Shown piece by piece: positions 36,248 to 36,371 of a stretch of 36,371 nt of DNA; within the stretch, counting starts at the first letter, position 1, and the number at the start of each line of letters is the position of its first letter. The notes beneath the pieces are model-generated. The model searched no databases. It saw only the letters and a program-made list of their open reading frames with translations, and was not told the DNA's origin. This DNA is from a virus. Taxonomy: Duplodnaviria; Caudoviricetes. The stretch lies in the IMG/VR virus record IMGVR_UViG_3300042922_000516, positions 1 to 36,371 of that record; one strand, written 5' to 3'. The position numbers and the translations under genes were made by a program.

Positions 36248-36371
36248 ATAGAGTCGCTCTAGTGGGTCGCTTAACAAAGGACCCAGAAGTAAGATACACA
36301 CAGAGCCAAACGGCTGTAGCAAAATTCACAATAGCTGTAAATAGGATGAAGAAAGTAGAAGGTCAGCCTGA
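36245..36371 (+). repeat. 127-bp terminal overlap (copy 2)
   Basis: Identical to 1-127. Confidence 0.95.

Noticed and set aside
36245-36371. 127-bp direct terminal repeat as a biological phage end
   Set aside because: It lies inside ssb and its length matches a common assembler k-mer; the HNH-TerS-TerL layout points to cos ends near 3611-3719.
1-36371. tRNA, rRNA, IS elements or recognisable anti-phage defence genes
   Set aside because: None recognised by eye; tRNAscan-SE and defence HMM searches would be needed to exclude them formally.

Overview
The window is a complete, circularly assembled temperate siphophage genome of about 36,244 bp. Bases 1-127 are repeated exactly at 36245-36371, and the SSB gene reads across the junction. 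The host is probably a spore-forming Clostridia/Bacillota (low GC, SigA/SigH-type promoters, SpoIIIAC-like gene, Prp-type cleavage motif). Gene order: early/late-early genes (SSB, short tyrosine recombinase), HNH-TerS-TerL, HK97-type portal/ClpP/capsid, head-tail joining, major tail protein, frameshifted tail chaperones, tape measure, Dit, Tal, and a receptor-binding protein (RBP) with an SGNH hydrolase. These are followed by lysis (XhlA, holin, C39-peptidase endolysin), an HTH/SpoIIIAC-like/FtsK/Replic_Relax module, a large serine integrase, ImmA/ImmR immunity, Com-like/Cro/BRO early genes, DnaN, a full-length XerD-like recombinase, and replication initiator plus DnaC-like loader. Four observations stand out. 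(1) A family of 22-bp sites, NC(A/G)CA-N12-TG(T/C)GA-like, marks the RBP domain junction, a silent relic RBP head and small early genes, which suggests recombinase-driven, integron-like cassette exchange. (2) A promoter-bearing copy of the RBP's SGNH enzyme has a signal-peptide-like N-terminus. (3) A Com-like zinc ribbon gene is followed by GAGCC repeats that run into a terminator. (4) The FtsK/relaxase-like module appears to sit under sporulation-type promoters. All calls come from reading the sequence by eye; no database searches were run.
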